From: Paraglomus brasilianum
Lineage: Eukaryota
Assembly: GCA_910592345.1 (NCBI GenBank)
Contig: CAJVPI010000121.1
Location: forward strand, 1 to 51,563
Reading direction: 5' to 3'
Length of the DNA: 51,563 nt
Numbering within the stretch: the stretch's first letter is position 1; each line of letters opens with the position of its first letter. Under the pieces are notes generated by a model, which worked only from the letters and a program-made list of their open reading frames with translations, had not been told where the DNA came from and did not search any database. This document shows, piece by piece, positions 30,407 through 43,869 of the stretch. The translations under genes were made by a program, and so were the position numbers.

Positions 30407-30671
30407 GTACGTAACTCTATTCAGTATTTACCTATTTTCTTTACGCGATGATATACCCAAGCACAATAGTGTTGCATCGGTAAAGCCTAAATTAGTTTTA
30501 TTTGATGATAATTGATTGATTTACCATGCAATTATTTATCTATCATATTGATAATCAGTCTTTACGTTGTAATCGTCATACGATAATTCAAAATCCTCTT
30601 TTATCAAATCTAGTTGGCTAACCGCATTGCATTGTCTCTCTTACCTGCACTTTTTCATCTTCATCTTATAG

Positions 30672-33600
30672 AGTACGCAACTGCACCGCAAATGCCGGTT
30701 GATTTGACTCTTGAGCGTTTCCTAGAAGCGATGGAATCCTCAGCATCGACCTCGTTAGACACTCGCAGGTCGTCCAGTCATATAAGCGTGTTAACTGATG
30801 ATTTTCTCGAAGAACTAGGTATATCGATGACTCCAAAGTCACGTAAACAATCTGATGAATCCGCTGAGCATACACGGACAGATACGGAGGAATCTCAAAC
30901 GGCAAAGGTTGCAATGAACATGCCAAAGATTCACAGCTCGCTAATCTTAAGAAGACTATTCGGAGATCGTATCACAAGTTTAGAGACATATTTGCACGAG
31001 GTGGTCGGACCGGATGTTTGCCTTGTAATCAAAGAAGATAAAGAAGATTATATTAGATTTCTTAGGGATTCGTATGCATTTGCTTACACGAAGGTGGAGC
31101 CCACTTCGGAAAGTGTAGAACGTTTTGGCCTTCCAAATGTAAGTGATAACGTGACAATCTGCATAAACTTTAAATCAGAATAAACCTTAAACTCTATGCC
31201 TCATTCAGTTAGTAGACAAGGTAATTGAAGATTCAATAATGGTCGGGAAGACATTCTTGAGAAATGTATTGCTGAACGGATATAGACAGGTATATGAACT
31301 TGCTACTCGCAGTACTAATAAGCGGAACTATATTTATTTACCAATAATTCTACGCTTATATAATAGCAACGTGTTGGCAAAGAAAAAATCACAGAGAATT
31401 TCTATCCGAATAGTCTTGTGGAATACATAAAGACTTCGACTTCATGGCAAACGCTCTTTCGTAGGTGGGCAAACGTGCATATTGATAAGAAGCAGCCAGT
31501 AGTCTTTTGTCTCATATAACACATATACTCCCTTCAATTGCCACAGAATTGGGGCTAAATTTATAGAACATCTTCTAAAGAATGCAGCAATCTTTATCGG
31601 ATTGGAGAATGGCTGCTTCTTTCAGATTACTGGTAAGGAAAATGCAAATGCTACACTCTAGATACCAGAAGAAATAAATTTTCAATTTAATTTTCTAAAA
31701 TTCGCTATTGTAATGAATAGGTCCTCCGATTAATCACAACCTTAATGCTACTGTTCGCACTAACCCAGCTTTCAGTAAAAAGCGTGGTAGTGCACCGGAG
31801 GTTGCTCATATTACCAGAAAGAATGTCACAAAGAAACGACGTTTGCACGAACCGAAACAAGACCTCGATCCAGATGTTTCTCAACAGGAGTCGATCGGCA
31901 AGAACTTGCCCGAAAAATCTACGATTGCTGAATCGAAAAGCACGGACGCATCGATCGCGGCAGGCAACGTTTACGAAAAGCCAACGCGAACGTATACAAA
32001 TCTAACATTTTCCCCGTCAGCTCTATTTTATGCACGAGCGAGACGTACTCAGAAACAAATCTGGATAGGCCTTTCCTTCAAACGTACGTGAGAATTTTGT
32101 AAAATAATATGTAATTAATATAGCTAATATAATTCTATTGCTATTTCGCAGATATCTTTAACCGTATTGTAAAAATGAAAAAGGGGGGAAGAAAAGAGTA
32201 TGGTGCCACACACGTTATGCGATACATATTTCCTAAACAGTTTGGAATGCCAAACGTCTTTGATACGGTACACCAGAAGGGAATAGTTGTAAACGCTCTC
32301 GGCAACACGTTTTATCGTGAGGCCGATATAATGGTATACATGGTTTCTCAATTATTTTGCAAACCAAGTTTTTTTATAGTTATATTAACTGACCCTTAAT
32401 TAGATTGCCGGAGAGAAACCGGTCCCGAAGCATCTCGTTCATATTGGAAAAGATATCGAAAAAATCATAAATTCACACAAAAGCTGTCCGTATCCGGCAT
32501 TTTATGATCAATGCTGTCCCAAGAAGGTATTTGGTTAATGATACTCGCTTGAGCTTGATCGAAATAGGGAATTCTGAATAGAATGGTAAAAAAAAAACAA
32601 AACTTATTTAGGAATTTAACGGCGACCCTTTAGCCTGTGACTCAACTTACGGCCAGGCACATTGATCACATTTCTCATGTATTGGATTAGATTCTTTCGA
32701 TGTAATTTACTAATTATGAAGTTATATATATAGGTCGCGGCATTTGTTCATCGCGTCATAAGACGGCTCGTCCCTGACACGTTCTGGGGTGGCGTTGAGA
32801 ATAGAAATTCTATTTTCGAGAGTAAGACAAATTAGTAGGCTAGTTTTGGATACGAATTGGATAGATTAACCAATTTCTTTCCTTTTTTTTTCTTTTTAAG
32901 AAATTTATAAATTTATTTGCTGTGGACGAAACGAGTGCACAACCCTACACGAAATGCTCCAGGGAATCAAGCTAAAGAAATGTGGTTGGCTTGTAAGAGC
33001 AGTCCAAGACCAAGATGCAGGTACGCATTGATATTTATGAAATTATGCTTGATTGCTTGTTATGACTCCAACTATCTTTGAATATAGTCGCCAAATCCCA
33101 TGTAATGAGACAACTCCTTGGAGAATTTATTTGGTGGCTAATGGAATCCATTGTTTGCTGCCTCCTCCGTGTAAGCTTGCCTTTTCCATGTTTCCAGCCT
33201 TTTTTACTTTCCCACTGACCCCCGGTAAAATCTCCGGACCGTAAATAACAATTATCACTCGCAGACTTCTTTTTATATAACAGAAAGTGCCTCCCAAAAA
33301 AAGCGCGTTGTCTACTTTAGACACGACGTATGGGAAATGATTACGGAGAATAAGCGAATGGAGCTGATGAAATCAACATATGTCGAGATTCCCCAAGTAT
33401 GACTAAGAAAATCTCCTTCGTTTATTGTTATTTCTCCCCCAAAATATTAAGTGTACTATTACAGGACAAGTTATCAGAATATGAGGGAAAAACTCTCGGT
33501 TACGCGACTCTTCGATTGGCTCCTAAGGTCGGCGGATTTAGACCAATCACAAATCTAAATATGCCAGTTAGACGAATAAATGGAGCCGTAAGTTGGATGT

Positions 33601-36164
33601 GCAATATTATAAATATAAACCCGTGTATAAAGAACAACGCTTGCGCGTGTGAAACCTGTTATTAAATTATTGGTTTGCAGCCTTCACAGATACTTAACGA
33701 AAAGGCTCCGTCTCCAAATAATTTATTATCAGATGTATTTAATATTTTGACGTTGGAAAAGGTAATTTGTTCTGTTCATAGCGCATGCAAGACTTGAAAT
33801 GAAACTAGATTTTTTTAATTGAGATAAAATACTCCTTAAAGTCGCGAGTGCTCGGCGATTCCTATATCAGCGGCCTAGGAAGAGCCTACGAGCATTTAAA
33901 AGCCTTTAAAAAACGATTGACAGTCAGGTATTGTTCCCGAAATAGACAGCATGATCACTGTACAACTTTTCGGATACGAATATACATCAAATTACATTAA
34001 CAGGCAATTGCTTTCGTTATGATTTCGACAGTAGCGCGTTATTGTACTTTGCAAAAGTTGATATACAAGCATGTTTTGACACGATTAACCAAAACGTCCT
34101 GATGGACATTGTCAAGGACATTGTCTTAAAGAGCGAATATTATAGAGATGCAAATGTTTGGCTCGTTCGTTCAACCAGCGATAGTATTACAAAGCATCAG
34201 ATACGTCGGCCTTCATACGCTGGTGAGATTAAGTAAATGCTTATATGATAAAGAACTTATTGCAGAGGCCTATGCTTCTAATGTCGCGCGAATTTTTTTC
34301 CATCATTAGACAATTTTACACAGTTCAGCAACGTTGCGCATGAACTAGCCGAGTCCAGGCACAATGCTATCTTTGTTGATGACTGTATCTACTATAAAAA
34401 GTCGACAGACAAGCTTCTCGAACTGTTAGAAGAGCATGTGAAGAAACATGTCATCAAGGCAGGAATTATCTATACGTGTACGAAACAATATATAACAACT
34501 ACTGATAGCTGTTTAATCAACTAGGTTGATGACAAATACTACAAACAGCATACTGGTATTCCGCAGGGCTCTATAATTTCAACATTGTTGTGCAGGTAAA
34601 TAACTTCCGCAAAAAAAGAAGCCTCTTTTCTCTGTGAATTTAGCTAAACATCAAAATTGTTTTGCAGTTATTTCTTTAATGAAATGGAGCGAGAAAAGCT
34701 CCCGTTTGTCCGTGATGAGGACAGTGTAAGCTAGATAACAAGACGTACTTTTGCAAATAGATCTTTTAATGAATTGGTTAATGATAATAACCTTGGGGGT
34801 TTTTTACATGCATCTGTAATCTGCAGCTGCTTCTCCGCTATATTGATGACTTTTTATTTATAAGTCTCGACAAAGGAAAGGCAGAAGAATTTTTAAGGGT
34901 GATGTTTGAAGGTACTTGTGATACTTATTCATTCAAGGCAAGTTGATGGAGATGACGAGATACCTACTTTTTATTCATAGGACATTCACATTATGGATGC
35001 TTGGTAAACAAGACAAAGAGTATAACAAACTTTGAGACAGAAATCTGTGGACATAAAATGGGTGATGGCATGGTTGTTGAAGAACCTATTGGTGAGCATT
35101 ATCAACATGATGTATTGATACATTTTAGAAAACTAGAATCTAACCACTTGTATATTGATATATTCTTTGTTAGATTTCTCATGGTGTGGTGTCCTGATAA
35201 ATACAAAGACCTTGGAAGTGAAGTGCGATTATTCCCGATATGTGGACATGCGTATCCTTTATGTGCAAGTGCAAAAAAATTTTTATTTTTTTTTACATTC
35301 TTTGCACTAAATTCAGTGTCAACCAAGTTGTCTTGTTCTTAACATATTCTGTTTGGTAGACGTGAAAGATACAATCTCAGTCAGTATGCATACCTCCATT
35401 AAGGACCTCAAAAACAAGCTGATTCAGTGTGTGGTTTTCATTATGTTGTCTGATTGTCACGGATAATGGGACGAAATGTCTGAACGTGTCCATTAATTCA
35501 TTTGTAGGATGATGCATCCTGGTTGGCAGGACATTTTTGTCAGCTTGGACTTGAACACCATACAGACAGTCTTCCTCAACCTCTATCAGAATTACATAGT
35601 GGCAGCAATCAAGGTATCTGTTGAGTGATTCTTAATATACAATAACTAATTTATTTGTATCTTCTTATATTTAGTTCCGTCATTATCTCCAGGCACTGAG
35701 ACGATCTGGTTACCATTCGGATGAGGAGCGTGTTGCTGGTATGCATTGGATGACAGTTTTTTGCCAATAACCGTCGGCCCTAAAGCCAGTTTCTTCTGCA
35801 GAAGCTATATACTACGCGTGCGAATATCCGTGCGTGCTGAAGGCGGGAAGTCCTATGTTTGTACCGCGCTTTAGGAAACGGCAACTTAAATGGTATGTGT
35901 AATTATTGTATTGCTATGCACTGGGAGCTCTTGTTTTATTGATATCCATATCCTAATAGGCTTGGGACACATGCGTTTCTCCGTGTATTTAAAATGATCA
36001 AAAGACAATACCCATGCCTAGTTAAGAATTTGAAGATAGTTAAGCATCAGTATTGCCGAGAAGATGTCGAGGTACTTTATTTTGCTTCTGACATAAATAA
36101 CAGCGAGACTTTGAAGACATTACTATACGGTGCTGATATTCAAAATCTGACCGTGGATAAATAG
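30672..36164 (+). CDS. TERT: Telomerase reverse transcriptase, highly intron-rich
   Basis: TEN (NVLLNGY; IG...LLKNAAIFIGLENGCFFQITGPP), YIFPKQFG, CP, QFP, T motif FYITESASQKKRVVYFRHDVW, LRLAPK..FRPITN, YFAKVDIQACFDTI, GIPQGSIISTLLC, LLRYIDDFLFIS, SWCG, CTE WLGTHAF; stop 36162-36164. Confidence 0.95.
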
Positions 36165-36339
36165 CATGCATGGCCTTTAAAGGTTATTCATTGCAGAACA
36201 TTTGCTGTCAATAAACAAATACATATTTATGCTTCATTATTATTAATACACTTACAGATATTTTAATTATTCATCGCTGCTTTATCTTATCACATTGATG
36301 ATACATTATAAAATACATGCAAGGTTGCCAAGTTTGTAA

Positions 36340-36600
36340 TATTATATATTATGGCTGATGCATTTATATTGAAATACTCTAAAAACGCAAGCCAAAAATT
36401 CAAAGGAAAAGGTTGGAATAAATGTCCCAAACACATCAGTCATATTGTACAGAGTTTCCTGAAACGAATGTCATAAAAGTAATTTGACAGACTATCAAAC
36501 GGTTCAGACCTTAATCCTAGTGAAAATGTATCAACCATAATGTAGAAGTGATGTATGCCTAAAAATATTGAGCATCCACAAATTAGGCACATCAGCTATG
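36340..36600 (+). mobile_element. Degenerate Tc1-type transposase 3' fragment
   Basis: CPKHISHIVQSFL and SNGSDLNPSENV resemble the DNAPKH...WPSxSPDLNPIENxW motifs. Confidence 0.6.
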
Positions 36601-36659
36601 TCAATGAAACGTTATAAGTGTTACATTTTTAGTGAGAACGATATCATCTTTTACGTAGG

Positions 36660-36980
36660 AGTGTTCACCAACCACCAAGCTTAGCTTATACTACCGCCCT
36701 AGCTGTACTATGCTTTGAGTGATCTATAAAATTAATAAATTAATTATTCACGCGTTTAATCAATCCGTAATTTATCCAAATAAGGGTACCAACGATTATC
36801 GTTGAACCGAAGGGTTGACTAGTCAATATTTCCATCGCTCACTATCAATAAGCCTAGGTTGTGTCGATAGATTATCCGCGTAATTGCGTACCAATACCTT
36901 TCGAATGTTTCTGCTCTAATCGATAGTCCGTATCGTAATTGATTTCAAAGGGCAATTATTTAATAAATATCACGGAATTA
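36660..36980 (+). repeat. Diverged relative of the LTR-like repeat
   Basis: Shares ordered motifs GCTTAGCT..TACTA.CGCCCT, CAAATAAGGGT.CC and CGAAGGGT with 23750-23940. Confidence 0.45.
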
Positions 36981-39851
36981 ACTCGATAATTCTTGACGAT
37001 GGAATTCGACCCGTGTTTATATCTTTTTCGCGGTCGATAATTTCTGCGTATTTCTATTTTGTGCTTGTATACCGTGTCAGATTTTAGGGCAGCGTCTAAA
37101 TTTACCCCGTGTCAGAAAAGCGGGCTACGGCTATGCACAGTAAATTAGAAGTTGCTTATCGATCAGGTGGTTTGTTTCGACATTAGGTATTAGTATTAGA
37201 GGATGTGACTTTAACTTGCCGATCCGATTCAAGCATAATTACTTTTATAATAAATATTAATGGAGTATCGGCAAATATCCCACATGGTTTTCTAATTCAT
37301 TTATCAAATTATATGTGCGAATATAAGGAAAATCGAATTAGTTATGATTAAAATTTGTTAACAAGACTACTACTTTCGAGCTTTAATGTAATTTTTTTTG
37401 CACCTTGTATACACGTTACTGAGAAGCTGGCAAAGAAATTTGATACAGCAATATAGAAAACAATATTAAATTGGTCATTTCTTCCGCAGCAGTCACCTGA
37501 TGCACTATACAAACTGTTTATATGTCTTAGATTCGAACAATCAATTATTCGAATGCCATGAGAGTAAATAGATCAATAATCCATATAAAATGGAAGACAA
37601 ATATAGATAGAGTACGTATGATTTTGAACGGAAAATAGTACGGGTATAATCGGCTGAACGGCTTAATATTAAGCCATTAAATTGAGGCATTATCTATAAA
37701 AAAAAAATTACTAGTATTAGCAATGCCATTAGTGAATATGTTTTAGTTGTCTTTTACAAATGACAATGATTAAAAGTAGCACTCACATATAATGAACGCG
37801 CCTTCTTATATATTTGATTAGTTAAAGCAATTGTTAAACCTAACTGGATTTGAATCTCATAATAATCGACGGCAAAGTAAACGATGCAACAGAACAGACA
37901 TTTACGTTCTTTTTATCAAATGTGAAGTAGATGACAATTTGGTCAAATATAGAAATGATAGTTACTATTACTTGGAATATGCCATCAACATTTTTCTCTT
38001 CAATCAGGGCAAACTTTTATCTTAAAAATCTGAAGAGACAGAATTCAAAGCAAAGGCTCGTATTTAACTAGCCAGTTGTATTAAAATATGGAGGACGCAA
38101 ACAAGAATTGGAATTTACGGATGAGACGGCTCTTGGGTAGGTTGTGTAAAGACAATAATACGATTAATAGTTGGTGACGTATTTCTTCCTCATTTCTGCG
38201 CCGCTATCATCGAACACATTTGTAGGTGGTAATCAGTCTTACCGAAATGGACAAATATCGATATCCGCAGTGACAGCAAAATCGACCGCTTTTAGACAAT
38301 CGGCAAAATATAATATTAGAATCATTAACATCACTCAAGCGCCATATACTCTCACAAATATTATCAGTGTTCTGCTACGACGTACATGCAAGCATTGGAC
38401 AAATTTAGAACATGTAGATCATACGTAATATCAAGAATTGGAATTATTTATTTCCGGGGTAAGCAATTATCGATATTATTAATTTTAATTAATTAAAGTG
38501 ATTGATTCTTATTCTGTTACATGTTTAACAAATCCACGCCAAGATTCGAATTTGGCATTACAAACAAAAAAGTGCATGCTTGTTATGCAACATGCTAACA
38601 ATGGTAGTTTTTGGTCAACTATTAACCAATTGCAAAGAAAATTTTACGTGACACGAAATCCTTGCTTATTTACAGAGTGTATCATCTGCAATACGGTAAC
38701 GCATTGATGTCAGCGTTGGACCTTGGTCACTTTGATGATGTTCAATTGTTTGATATTTGAGGCATTGCTTGCATATTTTGGATTGCTGCTCTGAATAGCT
38801 TGTTGTTATATAAATTAGTAATTATCTATCAGACACTTTTATATGGCGCTATTACTAAAGTATGTATGGTGCGAATTTTGGAACAAGGAGATGACAATCT
38901 GTAGTTGATTTGAAGTCATTGTAATTAGTAGTAATTTTATGTGATTGAAGTTGAGTTAAAGGATAAAACTTAACTCTGCTTCTATTTTATTCAAAGAATT
39001 TCAGGATTAGATGACGTTATTCATGTTATCGTTTTCCGTAATATGACAGCTTTAGGATTAGTATAAAAATAATTGTTTGTCTAAATAAAAATTTATATAA
39101 ATTTTCTTTTCTACTTTACGAGTGTTAAACAAGATTGTCACTACCACTACTATCATCTACATCATTACCATTAATATAACAATTATCACCAAAGAGTCTT
39201 TTATCCAAAATTTCCAATTCGTTGATATTCCACAAGTCTTAAAAGGATTCTATAATAATTTTGTCAAAAATATCTTAACCGGAAATCCTTAACCCACAAA
39301 CGCACATGATTAAACCTGGCGTGGCGAAGATTTCTTCTCCTGCGGCCATCCAGGCATATGAAGGTTATCCTTAAATGGCTATTTATCGCGACATCGAATG
39401 GTTGGTCAATCCACCTAGAATTACTGCGAGATGAAAGTCACCAAATAGACCTTTAAAGAATCGTCTACAAGCAACTTTCGATTTTTATGTATATTGAATA
39501 ACCACTCTCGACAATTGACAAGAAAAAAAACATTAGAAAATTAATTAATTGAGTGTCGTAAAGTGAATATTAATATTAATATATTGCCCTGTGACGCTAC
39601 TCAACAAGTTTTCTAATTCCAAATCCTTCGCATATTTATTGCATTGCAGTTACTGGCTGAAATGAAAAGTCTCTATATAATGACGTAAAGAGGCGTTGAT
39701 TAGAATGTTCGTCTTTTTATTCGAGTAACACTAATTTATACTGGCGTCTCACCAGCATTTTTTAAATACTGCGGATAACAAAAATAATAAAAAAGGTAGA
39801 AGATGTAACTATAACTGCAATTACTGTGCTTGCTTCATTTACTGCAATGCG

Positions 39852-41321
39852 ATGCCTCGCCCTAACACTCTCGCAAGTGACCTAAAGTTGGTTATCAATG
39901 ACCCTCGATACAGCGACATAAAAATAAAATGCTCTGATGGAGAACTCCACGCCAGCCGTATCATTCTAGCGGCTCGGTGTCGCTACTTTAATCAAATGAT
40001 ATATGCACCGGAAGATACCAACCAGAATTCAGAAATCAATTCGTTCATACGACGATTCTCTGAAGGAATCAAAGTCGACGATTCCGAAATCGTACTAGGA
40101 GAGCTAACAACAGCGGCCATGAAAATCGTGTTAGAATTTATATACACCGATTCGATCGAAAAGGACTCTGTTACTGTCGACACTTTGGTTGATATATTCT
40201 ACGCTGCGTATTATGTTGGACTTGATGAATTACAAAAGACAATTATTTCGATTGCCAAAAAACGGATACGCAATAAAAGCATGAACGACTTGGCATTGCT
40301 GCTATCCAAGGCTGTAGCGACATTGGGTAGTTCTCGAACCAATATGCTCTACGATCTCTTGCTGGAGCATCTCGGCAAGAAATCTCTAGACCAAATCACT
40401 TATAGTAATATCACAGTAGATGCTTTGTTGGTTTTGATGAAGGTGACTGGAGGGAATGCAAAGTTTACATTCGTGACGTCGGAATATGCGCTGCTTCGAT
40501 ACGTTATATTGCATACGGCGGCTCGAACGTCCGACTCGATATTCGAATTGTTGCGATCTCGGTTACCTACGCAAGCAGCGTTGAAAAAGCTCGACGATTC
40601 TGAAAAGCAACGGGTGGTTGAAGGTGTTTCGTTAGAAATCCAAGACTTGCAAAAGGTTAATGATCAGATACAGCAGTTTATACCTTTGATTGATTTACGG
40701 AGAATCGAAGTCAGCGTTGTTGCCAGTTACATCGAACCTCTTGGTATAATATCAGCAGACGTTATCAATCAGTTGTATCGATATTATGCACTAGGCAATA
40801 TTCCATTACCGCAGATGCGTGATGGGATGATTCTGCAGTGGGATCCAAAGCATTGTGGTGATGGCCTTGATATTGCCGAAGACGGGTGCGTCGTAGTGAC
40901 AGCCCCTAATACAAAGACTAGACCTTCTATTCGAGCCAACAAGTTGTTTTACGGATCCGAGGTGTATGAGTGGGACATAATTGTCGAACAGCCATGTAAC
41001 TACGTATGGATTGGCGTTGTTAGCGCTGAGTGTGTTGATTTCAATGGGTTCTTTGGTACAAGTGCCCATGGGTGGGCCATTGGATCTAACGGATACAAGT
41101 GTACGAACAATGAATACAATAGATATGGGCAGCCTTTTGGAAAGGGAGCAATCGTCACGGTACATCTAGACCTGAACAACAAGAAAATTTCATTTACGAT
41201 CAATGGATACGATTATTCTGCTGCATATTATACTCTTCCTGGCCGTCTTTATCCTGCTGTTTCCATAGATCATCCGGGTCAGTTGAGGATTAGACCGCAT
41301 AAAATTAAAAGTAAAAAGTGA
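39852..41321 (+). CDS. BTB/POZ-SPRY domain protein (intronless)
   Basis: YSDIKIKCSDGELHASRIILAARCRYF...LEFIYTD (BTB); YEWDIIVE...WIGV...VTVHLDL...FTING...LPGRLYPAVS (SPRY). Confidence 0.92.
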   Translation: MPRPNTLASDLKLVINDPRYSDIKIKCSDGELHASRIILAARCRYFNQMIYAPEDTNQNSEINSFIRRFSEGIKVDDSEIVLGELTTAAMKIVLEFIYTDSIEKDSVTVDTLVDIFYAAYYVGLDELQKTIISIAKKRIRNKSMNDLALLLSKAVATLGSSRTNMLYDLLLEHLGKKSLDQITYSNITVDALLVLMKVTGGNAKFTFVTSEYALLRYVILHTAARTSDSIFELLRSRLPTQAALKKLDDSEKQRVVEGVSLEIQDLQKVNDQIQQFIPLIDLRRIEVSVVASYIEPLGIISADVINQLYRYYALGNIPLPQMRDGMILQWDPKHCGDGLDIAEDGCVVVTAPNTKTRPSIRANKLFYGSEVYEWDIIVEQPCNYVWIGVVSAECVDFNGFFGTSAHGWAIGSNGYKCTNNEYNRYGQPFGKGAIVTVHLDLNNKKISFTINGYDYSAAYYTLPGRLYPAVSIDHPGQLRIRPHKIKSKK

Positions 41322-42395
41322 GCATTTGAAAAATAAACTGACACAAACTACGTATCGCTAAACGTCAACCATTATCGTTATCATTATCGTTATCGTTATA
41401 TCATTGCACTGTCTAAAAATGATAAAAATTTCGCGGACAATCGCGATATCTATTATATCATATCACATATATTACGTACAATTTGGACAATGCATGTGGA
41501 CTTTTTGAGTTAGATTGTGTAATTATTAGGATATTTCGCTATTGTTTATGTTTGTGCCATCAAGTCATTATCGTTACCCCTTTATTGGTGGAAATCTACA
41601 AACACTTATTTATGTTATTGCATTTGGAATGTTCTTATCAGTCAGCGTTGATTTGTCGTCGACATGCAAACAAATCATTATTTTCAACACCTATTAAAAA
41701 ATAGAACACTCACGTAGTTTTCGTATTGTCAGTTTTATTACAAGTCGACACTGTCACCTTAACAATAACATATACAAATAAAACGAAATACACAGTAATA
41801 ATAATGAGTAAAAAATTCGGCCTTTGTATTATCAATTGTTAGGCACATTCAAAATCGTAAAATAATAGTAAGATAATAATAATAATAATAAAGTCCATCG
41901 ATTAAAAAAAGCTTATTCGCGTGAAAACTATCGTTGAGCGAGAAAAAAAAAAGTATATATTTTCCACATTGATTGTGCATCGCGAGAGTAACTCTTGAGC
42001 AAAAAGTCCTTGTGTATTAAATTCTTTTTTCTATCTCCAAAGCGCTATCGTCGGAAAAACGACCGCTAACTCATTTCCAGCTCTACGCTTTTCCCAAACA
42101 CACAAAATTCAATCCCAATCGTATGAAATAACAGAAATTTATATTTTGTAGAGTAAGGAAAGGAGAAAAGGGGTGGGGGGTTATTATACAATCGAGATAA
42201 AAATACAAAACCATTTATTTATACCACTTTTTAAAAAAGTTGAACCCCAGTAGTGTTTTGAATGGCCCACAAAAAATATAACCCGTCTAAGAAAAATGAA
42301 GATAGAATTTATGCTGAAACTATATATATTAGTGAATGCGTAAAAATATAAATGTGGATATATAGCAGATATGTTTCATATAGAGAGCAAAGATT

Positions 42396-43869
42396 TTACA
42401 CAATCGTGACGTTGGTGTCGTTGCCCTGATGGACTGTCTCTTCCTTGATTGACTTTGTCTCGCCAGTCCTTGTATTGACGGTAATGAGACGATCAACGTG
42501 GTAGTAAGCCAATTCACCGAGTTCAGCTTCGTCAAGACCTCGAGTTTCTGTTTCATGATCAGCACGAATAGCAAGACCTGGAATCTTGTCCATGAGAAAG
42601 AGGATAATGTAGGTGAGAGTGAAAGAGTAGCTCATGCCAGCGGCAGAATCGGCAAGTTGACGAGGTACTTGAATCCAGTTGCCATCAAGCCAACCACCAT
42701 CGATCGGTACTGCTGCAGTGTCGAGCATGACAATTTTATTCTGGGCGAAGATACCAGTCAAGATGTTGCCAGTGAGACCGCCAATACCGTGGACAGCGAA
42801 CACATCCAAAGCATCGTCAAAGTCGAAAATGTGCTTCAATTTTACGGCCATGTTGCAGCAAATACCAGCAGCGACACCAAAGGCAACTGCAGCTGGTGGT
42901 CCGACGAAACCAGATCCAGGGGTGATAGCTACAAGACCAGCGACACAACCAGAACAGAATCCAACAACAGAAAGTTTACGTTCCAAACGGTAATCCAATA
43001 ACATCCAGGTAAGACCGCCGACAGCAGTTGCCAAGTTTGTTACGAATGAAGCCATAGCAGCACGAGCACTAGCGTCACCAGCTGAACCACCGTTGAACCC
43101 AAACCAACCGAACCAGAGGAAAACGGTTCCAAGAACGACGTTGGCAACATTGTGGGGCTTGAATTCATCAGTTCCGTGACCGTGTCGTTTACCGACAATG
43201 ATACAGTATGCAAGAGCAGCAGCACCAGATGAAATGTGGACAGGCGTACCACCGGCGAAATCAAGAACACCGAGTTGGAATGCCCAACCCTGTGGATTCC
43301 ATGTCCAGCAAGCAATGGGATCGTAAACAATAGTCGACCATATAAAGATGAAGATGATGGCAGGAACGATGCGGCCACGTTCGGCGGCTGAACCGATGGC
43401 GAGTGCTGGCGTGATCGCGGCAAACATGCCTTGGTAGACGGCGAAGAGGATTGACGTGAGAGCTGTTGCGGTAGTTGATGTATCACTACCCACATCCATA
43501 AAGAATGCATTTTCGAGATTGCCGATGAACTTGCCGGCGTTTGAGTTGAAAGCTAAACTGTAACCCCATAACCACCACTGTTTGAAAGAAAGGGTGCGTG
43601 TGTTAAATTACATAGATATGCGAAAATCATGCGTGGCGCAGTGTAACAGCAAAACTCACCTGGAATGATACGACAGCAAGAGATAGCATGGATAACATGA
43701 TGAGCGATAGAGCATTCTTGCTGCGAGCAAGACCACTGTAGAAGTAACCGACACCCGGAATCATTATCATGACGAGTGCGGTAGATGTAAGAAGCCAAGC
43801 GGCATCCCCGGGATTAAGCGGGACGGGAGCAGGAGTGTCCGTCGAATTAGCTGTACCGTTGGACCCCAT
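42396..43869 (-). CDS. AMT: Ammonium transporter (AMT/MEP family), 2 exons
   Basis: DFAGGTPVHISSG, LWFGWFGFNGGS, FDDALDVFAVHGIGG (twin His), GLDEAELGELAY; one intron ~43579-43660. Confidence 0.96.

Noticed and set aside
33399..35342. Reverse transcriptase motifs as a retrotransposon
   Set aside because: The T motif, TEN/CP/QFP motifs and many spliceosomal introns identify TERT.
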